A stretch of 64,000 nt of DNA from Gammaproteobacteria bacterium (lineage in GTDB: Bacteria; Pseudomonadota; Gammaproteobacteria; Berkiellales; Berkiellaceae). The position numbers and the translations under genes are program-made. Every line of letters starts with the position of its first letter. The stretch's first letter is position 1. This document shows, in pieces, positions 9,703 to 20,928 of the stretch. Below the pieces are notes generated by a model that had not been told where the DNA came from, searched no databases, and saw only the letters and a list, made by a program, of their open reading frames with translations. The stretch covers positions 581 through 64,580 of the forward strand of contig JABDCK010000001.1 in the NCBI GenBank assembly GCA_013288185.1, read 5' to 3'.

Positions 9703-10992
9703 GTGACTTTTTCCACCAATCAAGTCTGTTTTCGTACATTGCATTTATCTAAGCCGTGGTCTTTGGAAGCATATCGCAGTGTGGGCGGATATCAGGTATG
9801 GCAAAAGATTTTACGTGACAAAACTCCCCCAGATGAGATTATTAATGAATTAAAACTTTCTAATCTGCGTGGCCGCGGCGGCGCGGGCTTTCCCACTGGG
9901 TTAAAATGGAGCTTTGTTCCCAGAGGTAAACCGGGGCAAAAATATGTGGTTTGCAACTCTGATGAAGGGGAACCTGGGACTTTTAAAGATAGAGATATTT
10001 TGCGGTATAACCCCCACCAGTTAATTGAAGGCATGGCTATTGCCGGTTATGTGATGAATGCTACCGTGGGTTATAACTATATTCGGGGTGAATTTATTGA
10101 ACCCTTTGAACGCATGGAGCACGCTTTACAAGAAGCCTATCAAGAAGGATATTTGGGTAAAGATATTCTGGGCTCAGGCACCGATTTTGATTTATATAAT
10201 TTCTTAGGCGCGGGGGCCTATATTTGCGGTGAAGAAACCGCATTAATGGAATCCTTAGAAGGGAAAAAAGGCTTACCCCGCTTTAAGCCGCCGTTTCCTG
10301 CCAATCATGGGGTATATGGTAGACCGACCAATATTAATAATACAGAAAGTTATGCTTCAGTCCCCGTCATTTTGCAACATGGCGGCAAATGGTTTTTAGA
10401 ATTGGGAAAACCCAATAACGGCGGCGTTAAAATCTTTTGTATGTCTGGTCATGTGAATAAACCCGGCAATTATGAAATTCCTTTAGGCACGCCTTTTGCC
10501 AAACTTTTGGAGCTGGCCGGTGGTATGAAAGAGGGGCGCAAGTTAAAAGCGGTTATTCCTGGTGGCTCTTCTGTGCCGGTATTGCCCGCAGATATTATGA
10601 TGCAATTGGATATGGATTTTGATTCTTTAACCAAAGCGGGTTCCATGTTGGGCAGTGGTGCGGTAATTGTGATGGATGAGACCACCTGCATGGTCAAAAT
10701 GTTAGCCCGCATTTCAGAATTTTATTTTGAAGAATCCTGTGGTCAATGTACCCCATGTCGCGAAGGAACAGGCTGGTTGTCACGGATTTTACATCGCATA
10801 TTACATGGACAGGGAACCTTCAAAGATATTGATGTGTTAGATAGCGTTGCTGAAAATATCATGGGACGTACCATTTGTGCGCTGGGAGATGCGGCGGCGA
10901 TGCCGGTACGCAGTTTCCTTGCACATTTTAGACAAGAATTTGTAAACATGATTGAACATGTTGGAGCAAGCAATGGTTCACATCGAAATTGA
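9703..10992 (+). CDS. nuoF: NADH-quinone oxidoreductase subunit F
   Basis: [38 protein letters not shown]. Confidence 0.97.
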   Translation: MTFSTNQVCFRTLHLSKPWSLEAYRSVGGYQVWQKILRDKTPPDEIINELKLSNLRGRGGAGFPTGLKWSFVPRGKPGQKYVVCNSDEGEPGTFKDRDILRYNPHQLIEGMAIAGYVMNATVGYNYIRGEFIEPFERMEHALQEAYQEGYLGKDILGSGTDFDLYNFLGAGAYICGEETALMESLEGKKGLPRFKPPFPANHGVYGRPTNINNTESYASVPVILQHGGKWFLELGKPNNGGVKIFCMSGHVNKPGNYEIPLGTPFAKLLELAGGMKEGRKLKAVIPGGSSVPVLPADIMMQLDMDFDSLTKAGSMLGSGAVIVMDETTCMVKMLARISEFYFEESCGQCTPCREGTGWLSRILHRILHGQGTFKDIDVLDSVAENIMGRTICALGDAAAMPVRSFLAHFRQEFVNMIEHVGASNGSHRN

Positions 10993-13267
10993 TGGTAAAA
11001 AATTAGAAGTCCCTCAAGGTCAAATGATTATTGAGGTGGCCGATAAAATAGGAATTGCTATTCCGCGTTTTTGTTATCACAAAAAATTATCTATTGCGGC
11101 CAATTGCCGCATGTGTTTAGTAGAAGTTGCCAATGCGCCTAAACCTTTACCTGCCTGTGCAACACCCGTTTCTGAAGGGATGGTAATTTTTACCACCTCC
11201 CAGCGCGCCATAGATGCCCAAAAAGGCGTGATGGAATTTTTATTGATTAATCACCCCTTGGATTGTCCTATTTGCGATCAAGGCGGACAATGCGAGCTGC
11301 AAGATGTGGCCATGGGCTATGGTAAAGATGCTTCCCGTTACGAAGAAGGTAAACGGGTGGTTAAAGATAAAAATATCGGTCCTTTGATTAGCACAGAAAT
11401 GACCCGCTGTATTCAATGTACCCGTTGTGTACGTTTTGGCACAGAAATTGCAAATCAAAGAGAAATGGGTGCCACCGGGCGTGGTGAATTTATGGAAATT
11501 GGCACTTATGTTGAAAAAAGTGTGGATTCCGAATTATCCGGTAACATTATTGATTTATGTCCTGTGGGCGCATTAACCTCCAAACCGTTTCGCTTTAAAG
11601 CCCGGGCTTGGGAACTGCAATCCCGCCCCAGTCTGTCTGCTCATGATTGCATTGGCTCTAATCTCTTTTTACATACGTTGCGTGGCAAAGTGATGCGCGC
11701 GTTGCCCCGAGAAAATGAAGGCTTAAATGAAGTTTGGTTATCGGACAGAGATAGATTTGGGTATGAAGGCTTGAACCATGCGGATAGACTTGAAACGCCC
11801 ATGATTAAGCATAACGGTCAATGGCAAGCAGTGGACTGGGAAACGGCCTTATCCTTTGCGGTTGAGAAATTAAAAGCCTTAGAGGCATCGCAAATTGGCG
11901 CTTTGGCATCCCCCAATAGCACGCTGGAAGAATTTTACTTATTGCAAAAATTATTGCGTGCCAAGGGTTGTCACCATATTGATCATCGCTTACGGCAATT
12001 AGATTTTCGCCATCAACAGCATGAAGGCTTATGCCCAACCTTAGGGATCTCGCTGGGAGAGTTAGAACATCAAGATGCGGTGTTAGTCATTGGTAGTGAT
12101 ATTAGAAAAGAGCAGCCGCTGATTGCGCACCGGTTACGCAAAATGACCACGCATGGTGGTGCGCTTTTTACCATCAATGCGTGGGGAGACGGATGGGTTG
12201 GCGAACAAGGCGATTTAATTGGACCCTTAGTGCAAATAGTAAAAGCGCTTCAGGGGGAAAAGGTCTCCATGGAAGCCACCCAGATTGCTACACAATTACG
12301 TGATGCAGAAAAAACAAGTATTATTTTAGGAGCGGGTGCTTGGAGTCATCCGCAAGCGAGTCACTTGTATGCATTGAGCCGCTTATTAGCAGAAATGGTG
12401 GGTGCGACTTGGGGTGAAATGAGTAATGGCGCCAATAGTGCTGGTGGTTGGCTGGCAGGCTGCGTACCCCATCGCGCTCCTTTTGGACGTACTGCGCAAC
12501 CAGGCTTAAATGCGCAAGAAATGTTACAACATCCCAGACAAGTCTATGTATTGCTGCATTGTGAACCTGAATTTGATACGGCCAATCCACAGTTGGCTAA
12601 CCATGCATTAAAACAAGCCCAAACCGTGATAGCGTTAACCGCTTTTGATAATCCTAATTTGCGAGAAACTGCGGATGTCTTGTTACCCGTTACCCCTATT
12701 TCTGAAATGGATGGTACCTATATTAATGCCTTTGGTGACTGGCAACGTTTTAAGGCGTGTGCAACGCCATTGGGACAAAGCCGGCCGGCATGGAAAGTAT
12801 TGCGGGTGTTGGCAAATTTCTGGAACATTCCTGATTTTGATTACGATACGCTGGATGCGGTATTTGCAGAAATCGAGCAGCAACGCACGAACGCGTCGTT
12901 AGAAGAAAGTTTATTACAAATGCCTAAAAATTTGCATATTCCTAAAATCAGTGATGGCTTGATTCGGTTGGCGCCAACGCCACTGTATGCCGTTGATGGC
13001 ATTGTGAGACGTGCCCATTCTTTGCAGCAAACCACAGACAGCCAACAAATGGCCACGATTAGAATGCATAGTATGGATGCCAGCCAACAAAAATTGCAAG
13101 CCGGGCAAAAAGTGTGGGTCATGCAAAATGGTGTGCGTACCAAAAGTCCGTTGCCCATTGAAATTGATGACCGCATACCCAAGGGCACCGTTTTAGTGGC
13201 TGCAGGGTTGGATGCAACGCAAACACTGGGAGCGCCTTACGGGCAGGTGGAATTATGGATTGGTTAA
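10973..13267 (+). CDS. nuoG: NADH-quinone oxidoreductase subunit G
   Basis: [36 protein letters not shown]. Likely ATG at 10973. Confidence 0.97.
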   Translation: MVHIEIDGKKLEVPQGQMIIEVADKIGIAIPRFCYHKKLSIAANCRMCLVEVANAPKPLPACATPVSEGMVIFTTSQRAIDAQKGVMEFLLINHPLDCPICDQGGQCELQDVAMGYGKDASRYEEGKRVVKDKNIGPLISTEMTRCIQCTRCVRFGTEIANQREMGATGRGEFMEIGTYVEKSVDSELSGNIIDLCPVGALTSKPFRFKARAWELQSRPSLSAHDCIGSNLFLHTLRGKVMRALPRENEGLNEVWLSDRDRFGYEGLNHADRLETPMIKHNGQWQAVDWETALSFAVEKLKALEASQIGALASPNSTLEEFYLLQKLLRAKGCHHIDHRLRQLDFRHQQHEGLCPTLGISLGELEHQDAVLVIGSDIRKEQPLIAHRLRKMTTHGGALFTINAWGDGWVGEQGDLIGPLVQIVKALQGEKVSMEATQIATQLRDAEKTSIILGAGAWSHPQASHLYALSRLLAEMVGATWGEMSNGANSAGGWLAGCVPHRAPFGRTAQPGLNAQEMLQHPRQVYVLLHCEPEFDTANPQLANHALKQAQTVIALTAFDNPNLRETADVLLPVTPISEMDGTYINAFGDWQRFKACATPLGQSRPAWKVLRVLANFWNIPDFDYDTLDAVFAEIEQQRTNASLEESLLQMPKNLHIPKISDGLIRLAPTPLYAVDGIVRRAHSLQQTTDSQQMATIRMHSMDASQQKLQAGQKVWVMQNGVRTKSPLPIEIDDRIPKGTVLVAAGLDATQTLGAPYGQVELWIG

Positions 13268-14277
13268 TACCGGTAATCACAATCGCCATCAAGGCTTTGA
13301 TAATCATCATTCCTTTAATTTTGGCTGTCGCTTATCTTACTTATGCAGAGCGTAAAATTATTGGCTATATTCAAGTGCGGATTGGGCCGAATCGTGTCGG
13401 GCCTTTGGGTTTATTACAACCTATCGCTGACGTGGCCAAATTACTCTTAAAAGAGATTATTCTTCCCGCCAAATCTAACAAATTCTTATATATTATTGCG
13501 CCCTTGTTAGCGTTTGCACCTGCTATTGTTGCTTGGTCTGTTATTCCTTTTGACAATGGTTGGGAATTAGCCAATGTCAATGCGGGCCTTTTATTTTTAT
13601 TGGCTATGACGTCTTTGGGCGTTTATGGCATTATCATTGCCGGTTGGGCATCGAACTCTCGTTATGCTTTTTTAGGCGCCCTGCGCAGCGCGGCGCAAGT
13701 CGTGTCTTATGAAATTGCGATGGGTATTGCGCTCGTTGGCGTATTGATGGCTGCCGGTAGCATGAATTTGGGTGATATTGTCCGCGCGCAACACGGTGGT
13801 GTTCTGCAATGGTATTGGTTACCGTTATTACCGTTGTTTGTGGTGTATTGGGTATCGGCAGTGGCAGAAACCAACCGTGCCCCCTTTGACGTTTCTGAAG
13901 GGGAGTCTGAAATTGTCGCCGGTTTTCATGTGGAATATTCTGGCATGACCTTTGCTATATTTTTCTTATCTGAATATGCCAACATGATTTTACTCTCCAC
14001 CTTGGCCACGATAATGTTCATGGGTGGGTGGTTATCTCCTTTTGAAGGCATTCCCTTGATACAGAATAAGCTCCTGTGGGTGCCGGGTATTGTTTGGCTG
14101 GGTTTAAAAGTGGGCTTTTTCTTGTTTTTGTATCTGTGGTTTAGAGCGACTTTTCCGCGCTACCGTTACGATCAAATTATGCGCTTGGGCTGGAAAGTGT
14201 TTATCCCTGTCACCTTCTTTTGGATAGTGGTGGAAGCGGTGGCGATTAAATGCCATTGGGGACCTTGGTTTACGTGA
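13255..14277 (+). CDS. nuoH: NADH-quinone oxidoreductase subunit H
   Basis: [39 protein letters not shown]. Confidence 0.97.
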   Translation: MDWLIPVITIAIKALIIIIPLILAVAYLTYAERKIIGYIQVRIGPNRVGPLGLLQPIADVAKLLLKEIILPAKSNKFLYIIAPLLAFAPAIVAWSVIPFDNGWELANVNAGLLFLLAMTSLGVYGIIIAGWASNSRYAFLGALRSAAQVVSYEIAMGIALVGVLMAAGSMNLGDIVRAQHGGVLQWYWLPLLPLFVVYWVSAVAETNRAPFDVSEGESEIVAGFHVEYSGMTFAIFFLSEYANMILLSTLATIMFMGGWLSPFEGIPLIQNKLLWVPGIVWLGLKVGFFLFLYLWFRATFPRYRYDQIMRLGWKVFIPVTFFWIVVEAVAIKCHWGPWFT

Positions 14278-14285
14278 GGGTGAAT

Positions 14286-14777
14286 ATGCTAAGAAAACTT
14301 AAATTTACGATTAAAAGCTTTGCGCTCTGGGAGTTAATTCAAGGTTTAAGGTTAACCGGTAAATATTTGTTTGCCCGTAAAATCACGGTGCAATATCCGG
14401 AAGAAGAAACCCCGCGCTCTGTACGCTTTAGAGGATTACATGCGTTGCGCCGTTATGAAAATGGTGAAGAGCGCTGCATTGCCTGCAAATTATGTGAAGC
14501 GGTTTGCCCTGCGCTTGCTATTACTATTGATTCAGACCAAAGAGCCGATGGGACGCGCCGTACTACCCGTTATGAAATTGATTTATTTAAATGTATTTAT
14601 TGTGGATTTTGTGAAGAATCTTGTCCGGTGGATTCCATTGTGGAAACGGATCTTTCCAATTATGCCTTCCTGAAACGGGGAGAAAATATCTTAGATAAAA
14701 ATAAATTACTGGCCATTGGTGACAAATATGAAGCACGTATTAGTGCGTACCGCGAAGAAGATCACCCGTACCGATAG
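14286..14777 (+). CDS. nuoI: NADH-quinone oxidoreductase subunit I
   Basis: Two 4Fe-4S motifs, [12 protein letters not shown] and [15 protein letters not shown] at 14286. Confidence 0.97.
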   Translation: MLRKLKFTIKSFALWELIQGLRLTGKYLFARKITVQYPEEETPRSVRFRGLHALRRYENGEERCIACKLCEAVCPALAITIDSDQRADGTRRTTRYEIDLFKCIYCGFCEESCPVDSIVETDLSNYAFLKRGENILDKNKLLAIGDKYEARISAYREEDHPYR

Positions 14778-14796
14778 TACTGAATAAGGACAAGCA

Positions 14797-15402
14797 ATGA
14801 CGGCGCAACAACTGATTTTTTATTTCTTTTCTGCTTTAGCCATTCTTGCTAGCACCATGGTGATTGTCGCGAAAAATTCAGTGCGGGCAGTGCTGTCTTT
14901 GGTTTTTACTTTTTTCTGTGTCGCCGTATTGTGGATGTTATTACAATCTGAGTTTCTAAGTATCATCTTAATTTTAGTTTATGTGGGCGCTGTGATGGTC
15001 CTATTTTTGTTTGTGGTGATGATGCTGGATATTGAAGCCTCAAAACACAAAGATCCTTTTGCCAAATTTTGGTTCTTAGGACTCTTTGTGGCTGGTGTCA
15101 TGATTGGGATGATGGTGTTGGTGGGCAGATGGGATTTTGGCTTGAAAGAAGCATTAATTTTAACCAAGCCTGCAGATTATAGTGAAGTAAAAGCGTTAGG
15201 CACATTGCTTTATCAAGATTATCTCTTACCCTTTGAAATTGCGGGGGTTATTTTGCTGGTTGCCATGGTCGCCGCCATTGCCCTGGCCTTTAGAGGGCCG
15301 CATGATGTGAAGCGGCAAAAGCCTGGGTTGCAAGCACAAGTGCGTAAAAGTGATCGCTTACGCATTATCACCATGCCTGCAGAGAATGGAGAACAACCAT
15401 GA
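14797..15402 (+). CDS. nuoJ: NADH-quinone oxidoreductase subunit J
   Basis: [24 protein letters not shown]. Confidence 0.96.
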   Translation: MTAQQLIFYFFSALAILASTMVIVAKNSVRAVLSLVFTFFCVAVLWMLLQSEFLSIILILVYVGAVMVLFLFVVMMLDIEASKHKDPFAKFWFLGLFVAGVMIGMMVLVGRWDFGLKEALILTKPADYSEVKALGTLLYQDYLLPFEIAGVILLVAMVAAIALAFRGPHDVKRQKPGLQAQVRKSDRLRIITMPAENGEQP

Positions 15403-15704
15403 TTGCGTTATCTGATTATTTAACCGTAAGTGCGATTCTATTTGGCATGGGCGTTGCGGGTATTTATATTAACCGCAAAAATATGATTGTCTTGTTAATG
15501 TGTATTGAATTGATTTTGTTAGCTGTGAACACTAACTTTATTGCCTTTGCGCGTTTTACACAAAATCAAGTCGGTGAAATATTTGTTTTCTTTATTTTAA
15601 CGGTCGCAGCCGCAGAAGCGGCTATTGGCTTGGCCATTTTGGTAGGGGTTTTTCGTAACCGTCAGTCTATCAATGTTGAAGATCTAGATTCATTGAAGGG
15701 GTAA
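15399..15704 (+). CDS. nuoK: NADH-quinone oxidoreductase subunit K
   Basis: [24 protein letters not shown]. Confidence 0.97.
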   Translation: MIALSDYLTVSAILFGMGVAGIYINRKNMIVLLMCIELILLAVNTNFIAFARFTQNQVGEIFVFFILTVAAAEAAIGLAILVGVFRNRQSINVEDLDSLKG

Positions 15705-15707
15705 ATT

Positions 15708-17681
15708 GTGCAACACCATGTTTTAACCGAGTGTTTACTGGTTGTATTGTGTCCCCTGGTGGCCGCCATTATCGCCGGACTCTTTGGGCGCAAAATTGGA
15801 CGCGTCGGGGCGCAGACTATTACCATTGCCGCAGTAGGCGTTAGTTTTTTGGTTTCTTTGCTTATCGCCAAACAAATGTTTTGGGACAAAAGCATTCCTG
15901 AGTTATTGGATTTCACCGTTTACACTTGGGCCAATGTGGATGCGCTGCGGTTACAAATTGGGTTTTTGCTAGATCCGTTAACGGTTCTCATGATGGTGGT
16001 GGTAAGCTTTGTTTCTTGGATGGTGCATATTTATACCGTGGGTTATATGCATGATGACCCGGGCTATCAACGATTCTTCAGTTACATCTCTCTGTTTACC
16101 TTTGGCATGTTAATGTTAGTGATGGCCAATAACTTTTTGCAGCTGTTTTTTGGCTGGGAAGCGGTTGGTTTGATGTCTTATTTATTGATTGGCTTTTGGT
16201 TTAAACGAGAATCTGCGATTTTTGCTAATTTGAAAGCTTTTTTAGTGAACCGCGTGGGTGATTTAGGTTTTTTATTAGGCATTGCGCTGGTGCTCTGGAT
16301 GTTTGGCACCTTAGATTATGCGCAAGTCTTTCAGCAAGCGCCCACGTTAGCCGCTACGCAACCTAGTATTGAAATATTGTCTGACCGCCCTTGGTCTGTT
16401 TTTAGTTTGATGGGCATTTTATTGTTTATAGGTGCCATGGGTAAATCTGCACAAATACCCTTACATGTATGGTTACCAGATTCTATGGAAGGTCCGACGC
16501 CCATTTCTGCACTGATTCATGCTGCGACCATGGTCACCGCGGGTGTATTTATGGTTGCGCGGATGTCACCTTTATTTGAATACTCAGAAACTGCCTTAAA
16601 TTTCATTTTGGTGATTGGCGGGGCAACCTGTCTTTTCATGGGTATTTTGGGTATTGTGCAAAATGATATTAAACGGGTCATTGCCTATTCAACCTTATCG
16701 CAGTTAGGTTACATGGTGACTGCATTAGGCGTCTCTGCCTATGCGGCAGGGATTTTCCACTTAATGACCCACGCCTTTTTTAAAGCGTTATTATTCTTAG
16801 GCGCAGGCTCTGTTATTATCGCTATGCATCATGAACAAGATATTCGGCAAATGGGTGGTTTACGTAAATACATGCCCATTACGTATATCACCATGCTGAT
16901 TGGTTCTCTGGCGCTGATTGGCTTTCCCTTTTTCTCAGGCTTTTATTCTAAAGATACGATTATAGAAGCCGTCCATTTAAGTGAATTACCCGCAGCAGGG
17001 GTGGCTTACTGGGTTGTGCTGGGCAGCGTTTTTGTAACCGCCTTATATTCTTTTAGAATGTTTTTCCTCGTTTTTCATACGCAACCGCGGATGGATGCGC
17101 ATACGCGCGCGCATTTGCATGAATCTCCCTGGGTAGTTTGGCTGCCACTCGTGTTATTAGCTATCCCTTCCGTATTGGCGGGAGCGCTGTTTGCAGGTCC
17201 CGTATTTACAGGATATTTTGGCAAGTCTATTTTCGTTTTACCGAGTCATCCTATGATGCAGGAAGTAGCACAAGAATACCACGGTGCGGTGCAAATGGCG
17301 TTGCATGGCTTTCAAACGCCTGCATTCTGGTTAGGAATTATTGGTATGGTGGTTGCTTGGCTATGGTATGTACAAATGCCACAACTGGCAGTGAAAACCA
17401 AAAAAATCTTATCTCCGTTATATGCGGTGTTAATTCGTAAATATGGATTTGATGACTTTAACCAAACGGTTATTGCCGGCGGGACACGCGGTATTGGTTG
17501 GTTATTTTGGCAAGTCGGAGATAAAGCTTTGATTGATGGCTTAATTGTAAATGGGGCGGCGCGCAGTATTGGCTTATTTTCAAGAGTATTGCGTCATCTT
17601 CAATCAGGATATGTTTACCATTACGCTTTTGCCATGATTACAGGGTTAATTGCCTTGGCATTGTGGTTGATGTTGCGTTAA
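15708..17681 (+). CDS. nuoL: NADH-quinone oxidoreductase subunit L
   Basis: GKSAQIPLHVWLPDSMEGPTPISALIHAATMV. Confidence 0.97.
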   Translation: MQHHVLTECLLVVLCPLVAAIIAGLFGRKIGRVGAQTITIAAVGVSFLVSLLIAKQMFWDKSIPELLDFTVYTWANVDALRLQIGFLLDPLTVLMMVVVSFVSWMVHIYTVGYMHDDPGYQRFFSYISLFTFGMLMLVMANNFLQLFFGWEAVGLMSYLLIGFWFKRESAIFANLKAFLVNRVGDLGFLLGIALVLWMFGTLDYAQVFQQAPTLAATQPSIEILSDRPWSVFSLMGILLFIGAMGKSAQIPLHVWLPDSMEGPTPISALIHAATMVTAGVFMVARMSPLFEYSETALNFILVIGGATCLFMGILGIVQNDIKRVIAYSTLSQLGYMVTALGVSAYAAGIFHLMTHAFFKALLFLGAGSVIIAMHHEQDIRQMGGLRKYMPITYITMLIGSLALIGFPFFSGFYSKDTIIEAVHLSELPAAGVAYWVVLGSVFVTALYSFRMFFLVFHTQPRMDAHTRAHLHESPWVVWLPLVLLAIPSVLAGALFAGPVFTGYFGKSIFVLPSHPMMQEVAQEYHGAVQMALHGFQTPAFWLGIIGMVVAWLWYVQMPQLAVKTKKILSPLYAVLIRKYGFDDFNQTVIAGGTRGIGWLFWQVGDKALIDGLIVNGAARSIGLFSRVLRHLQSGYVYHYAFAMITGLIALALWLMLR

Positions 17682-17697
17682 CGATAAGGGTTTTACT

Positions 17698-19218
17698 ATG
17701 CCATTATTAAGTATTTTAATTTGGCTCCCTATCATAGGAGCCATGCTCATCTTTTTGCTGGGTGGAGATAAAAATCCGGCACGTGCACGCTGGCTGGCCT
17801 TAGCAATTTCACTCATCGCTTTTGGCTTTTGTATTCCCTTATGGCAAGGTTTTGATTTACAAACCATTGGTTTTCAATTTGTAGAGCAAAAAGCCTGGTT
17901 CCCCGCCTTAGATATTCATTATAGTTTGGGGGTTGATGGCTTTGCGATGCCATTAATAATCCTGACCTGCTTGTTTACGCCTATGGTGGTGATTGCTGCT
18001 TGGCAAGTGATCCAAGAACGTGTGGCGCATTATATGGCGGCGTTTTTAATCATGCAGGGTTTAATGTGTGGTGTGTTTGCCGCCTTAGATGGCATTTTAT
18101 TTTATGTATTTTGGGAGGGGATGCTTATCCCCATGTTTCTGATCATTGGCATTTGGGGCGGCCCCAACCGCATTTATGCCACGGTGAAATTTTTCTTGTA
18201 TACTTTTTTAGGTTCCGTCTTTTTACTGGTTGCATTGATTTATCTGCACTTACAAGCCCGCACTGCAGGGGTGACGGATTCTTTTGCTTTAGCTACCTTT
18301 GCCCATTTACCCTTATCGTTAATTTCACAAAAATGGATCTTAGTCGCTTTCTTATTGGCCTTTGCCGTTAAAGTGCCCATGGTGCCGGTGCATACCTGGT
18401 TGCCAGATGCGCACGTAGAAGCGCCGACGGGTGGTTCCGTAGTGTTGGCGGCCATCATGCTAAAAATGGGAGCATATGGTTTCTTACGCTTTATGTTACC
18501 GATTGTGCCGGATGCCAGCCGCGAGTGGCAGTGGTTCATTATAACTATCTCATTGATTGCCATTGTCTATATTGGCTTTGTGGCAATTGCCCAAAAAGAC
18601 ATGAAAAAACTGATTGCTTATTCTTCCATTGCCCATATGGGATTTGTCACCTTAGGGATTTTTATTGCGTTTATTTTAATGAATGCCGGAACCCCGGGTG
18701 CGGCAGTGATGGGAATTGAAGGCGCTTATGTGCAAATTATTTCCCACGGCTTTATTTCTGGCGCCTTATTCTTATGCGTGGGCGTATTGTATGATCGCAT
18801 GCATACACGGCAAATTGCCGATTACGGCGGGGTTGTGAATACCATGCCTATTTTTGCCAGCTTTTTTGTGTTATTTGCTTTTGCCAATGCCGGCTTGCCA
18901 GGAACTTCAGGCTTTGTGGGAGAATTTTTAGTTATTCTGGCCACGTTTCAAGCCAATCCATGGTTTGGTTTCTTTGCAGCATTCATATTAGTCTTGGGCG
19001 CTGCATACACCTTATGGATGGTGAAACGGGTTGTGTTTGGTGAAGTTGCGAATCAACATGTGGCAGTACTTAAAGATATCAATGGTCGTGAAGCCCTCTT
19101 TTTAAGTGTGCTAGCTTTTTTAGTCTTATTATTTGGCGTCTGGCCAGCACCATTAATTGATGTGACGCATAGTGCAGCAACAGAATTATTACAGCAAATT
19201 AGCCGGCCGAAATTTTAA
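17698..19218 (+). CDS. nuoM: NADH-quinone oxidoreductase subunit M
   Basis: VKVPMVPVHTWLPDAHVEAP, GLPGTSGFVGEF. Confidence 0.97.
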   Translation: MPLLSILIWLPIIGAMLIFLLGGDKNPARARWLALAISLIAFGFCIPLWQGFDLQTIGFQFVEQKAWFPALDIHYSLGVDGFAMPLIILTCLFTPMVVIAAWQVIQERVAHYMAAFLIMQGLMCGVFAALDGILFYVFWEGMLIPMFLIIGIWGGPNRIYATVKFFLYTFLGSVFLLVALIYLHLQARTAGVTDSFALATFAHLPLSLISQKWILVAFLLAFAVKVPMVPVHTWLPDAHVEAPTGGSVVLAAIMLKMGAYGFLRFMLPIVPDASREWQWFIITISLIAIVYIGFVAIAQKDMKKLIAYSSIAHMGFVTLGIFIAFILMNAGTPGAAVMGIEGAYVQIISHGFISGALFLCVGVLYDRMHTRQIADYGGVVNTMPIFASFFVLFAFANAGLPGTSGFVGEFLVILATFQANPWFGFFAAFILVLGAAYTLWMVKRVVFGEVANQHVAVLKDINGREALFLSVLAFLVLLFGVWPAPLIDVTHSAATELLQQISRPKF

Positions 19219-19230
19219 AAGGAAGCGTGT

Positions 19231-20652
19231 GTGAAAGATTTATTCGTGATGATGCCAGAGATTGTGCTCTTAACCTTGAGCTGTTTATGCTTAATCGTTG
19301 ATTTATATTTACCGAAAGGAGCACGCGTTGTCACTTATATGCTTAGCCAGTGCACATTAATTGTCACTGCCATTTGCTGTGTGTTTTTTGCGCATAGTGA
19401 AAATTTTACGGCGTTTAACCAATTTGTCGCTGATCCCTTTGCGCAAACTATAAAGATATTTATTTTAGGGTTAGTCTTTTTAGTATTTTTGTATTCCCGC
19501 AGTTATGTGCGTGATAGAGATATGAGTTATGGGGAATTCCATATTTTAACGCTTTTTTCTACCCTGGGCATGTTGTGTCTGGTTTCCGCCAAAAGTTTAC
19601 TCATAATTTATTTGGGTCTTGAGTTACTGTCATTGCCGTTATATACCCTAGTCGCTTTACGTAAAGACTCAGGACTCGGGGTTGAAGCCAGTATGAAATA
19701 TTTTGTAACCGGGGCATTGGCTTCTGGGATGTTGTTATATGGGATCTCCTTATTGTATGGCTTATCCGGCAGCATTCAGCTCAGTGACATTGCCACCTTT
19801 GTGCAAAATGCTCAGCAGGGCGCACTGCAAGCAACCCTCTTTGCATTAGTATTTATTATTGCAGGTTTTGCTTTCAAATTAGGCGCAGTACCCTTTCATA
19901 TGTGGCTGCCAGATGTTTATGAAGGTGCGCCTACCAATATTACCTTACTTGTTGGCTCTGCACCAAAATTAGCAGCCTTTGGTATGGCATATCGCTTGTT
20001 ACATGATGCTTTGCCAGGTGCTGCTGTTCAGTGGAGTCAGGTATTGATGGTGTTGGCGTTATTATCCTTAGCCATTGGGAATATTGTCGCGCTGTCACAA
20101 ACCAATATTAAACGGCTTTTGGCTTATTCTACCATTGCGCAAATAGGTTATTTTTTATTGGCGTTATTAGTAGCGCCGCACATTGGCTATGGGGCGGCCA
20201 TGTATTATCTAGTGGCGTACACCCTCGTGTTTGTGGCTGCTTTTGGAATAATTTTATTACTCTCTCGTCAAGGGTTTGATGCGCAAAAATTGTCAGATTT
20301 AAAAGGGCTAGCGCAACGTAGTCCATGGTTTGCTTTTATTATGTTACTCGTGGCATTTTCATTAGCCGGTGTGCCGCCCACCATTGGCTTTTATGCTAAA
20401 TTTATAGTGCTCAGTGCCTTAGTGGATGCCGGTTACACTTGGCTTGCTGCCACTGCCGTGGTTTTCTCCATTATCGGCGCCTTTTACTATCTTAAAATTA
20501 TCCGTGTGATGTATTTTGAACCTGCGGAATTACCTTATCCGGTTACCGGTCCCCTGGATTTCCGCTGGGTGTTATCTCTGAATGGCATTGCCATTTTAGC
20601 GTTGGGCATGTTTCCAGCATCGTTATATATGATTTGTCAGGGTGCGTTTTAG
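19231..20652 (+). CDS. nuoN: NADH-quinone oxidoreductase subunit N
   Basis: EASMKYF, FKLGAVPFHMWLPDVYEGAP. Confidence 0.97.
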   Translation: MKDLFVMMPEIVLLTLSCLCLIVDLYLPKGARVVTYMLSQCTLIVTAICCVFFAHSENFTAFNQFVADPFAQTIKIFILGLVFLVFLYSRSYVRDRDMSYGEFHILTLFSTLGMLCLVSAKSLLIIYLGLELLSLPLYTLVALRKDSGLGVEASMKYFVTGALASGMLLYGISLLYGLSGSIQLSDIATFVQNAQQGALQATLFALVFIIAGFAFKLGAVPFHMWLPDVYEGAPTNITLLVGSAPKLAAFGMAYRLLHDALPGAAVQWSQVLMVLALLSLAIGNIVALSQTNIKRLLAYSTIAQIGYFLLALLVAPHIGYGAAMYYLVAYTLVFVAAFGIILLLSRQGFDAQKLSDLKGLAQRSPWFAFIMLLVAFSLAGVPPTIGFYAKFIVLSALVDAGYTWLAATAVVFSIIGAFYYLKIIRVMYFEPAELPYPVTGPLDFRWVLSLNGIAILALGMFPASLYMICQGAF

Positions 20653-20688
20653 ATAAAATAAAGGCGCATCCGATCCCTGGTATGTAAC

Positions 20689-20890
20689 TAAGATTTAAAT
20701 CCCCCCCTCGCTACGCTCGGCGCCCCCTTTTAAACAAAAGTGGGCTGAAGAGGAGCACTTCTAGGTATAGAAATAGCAACTAATATTATAGATTTCATTA
20801 TATAAAATATAGGGGTTAGTGTTACCTTCTTAAGCCCACTTTTGTTTAAAAGGGGGCGCCGAGCGTAGCGAGGGGGGGATTTAAATCTTA
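20689..20890. repeat. REPIN/MITE-like palindromic element, copy C (between convergent nuoN and autotransporter genes)
   Basis: ~58-bp perfect inverted arms TAAGATTTAAATCCCCCCCTCGCTACGCTCGGCGCCCCCTTTTAAACAAAAGTGGGCT around an unrelated AT-rich spacer. Confidence 0.9.
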
Positions 20891-20928
20891 TTGAGAAGTT
20901 ACAAGATCAAGCTGTACAAAATGGCACG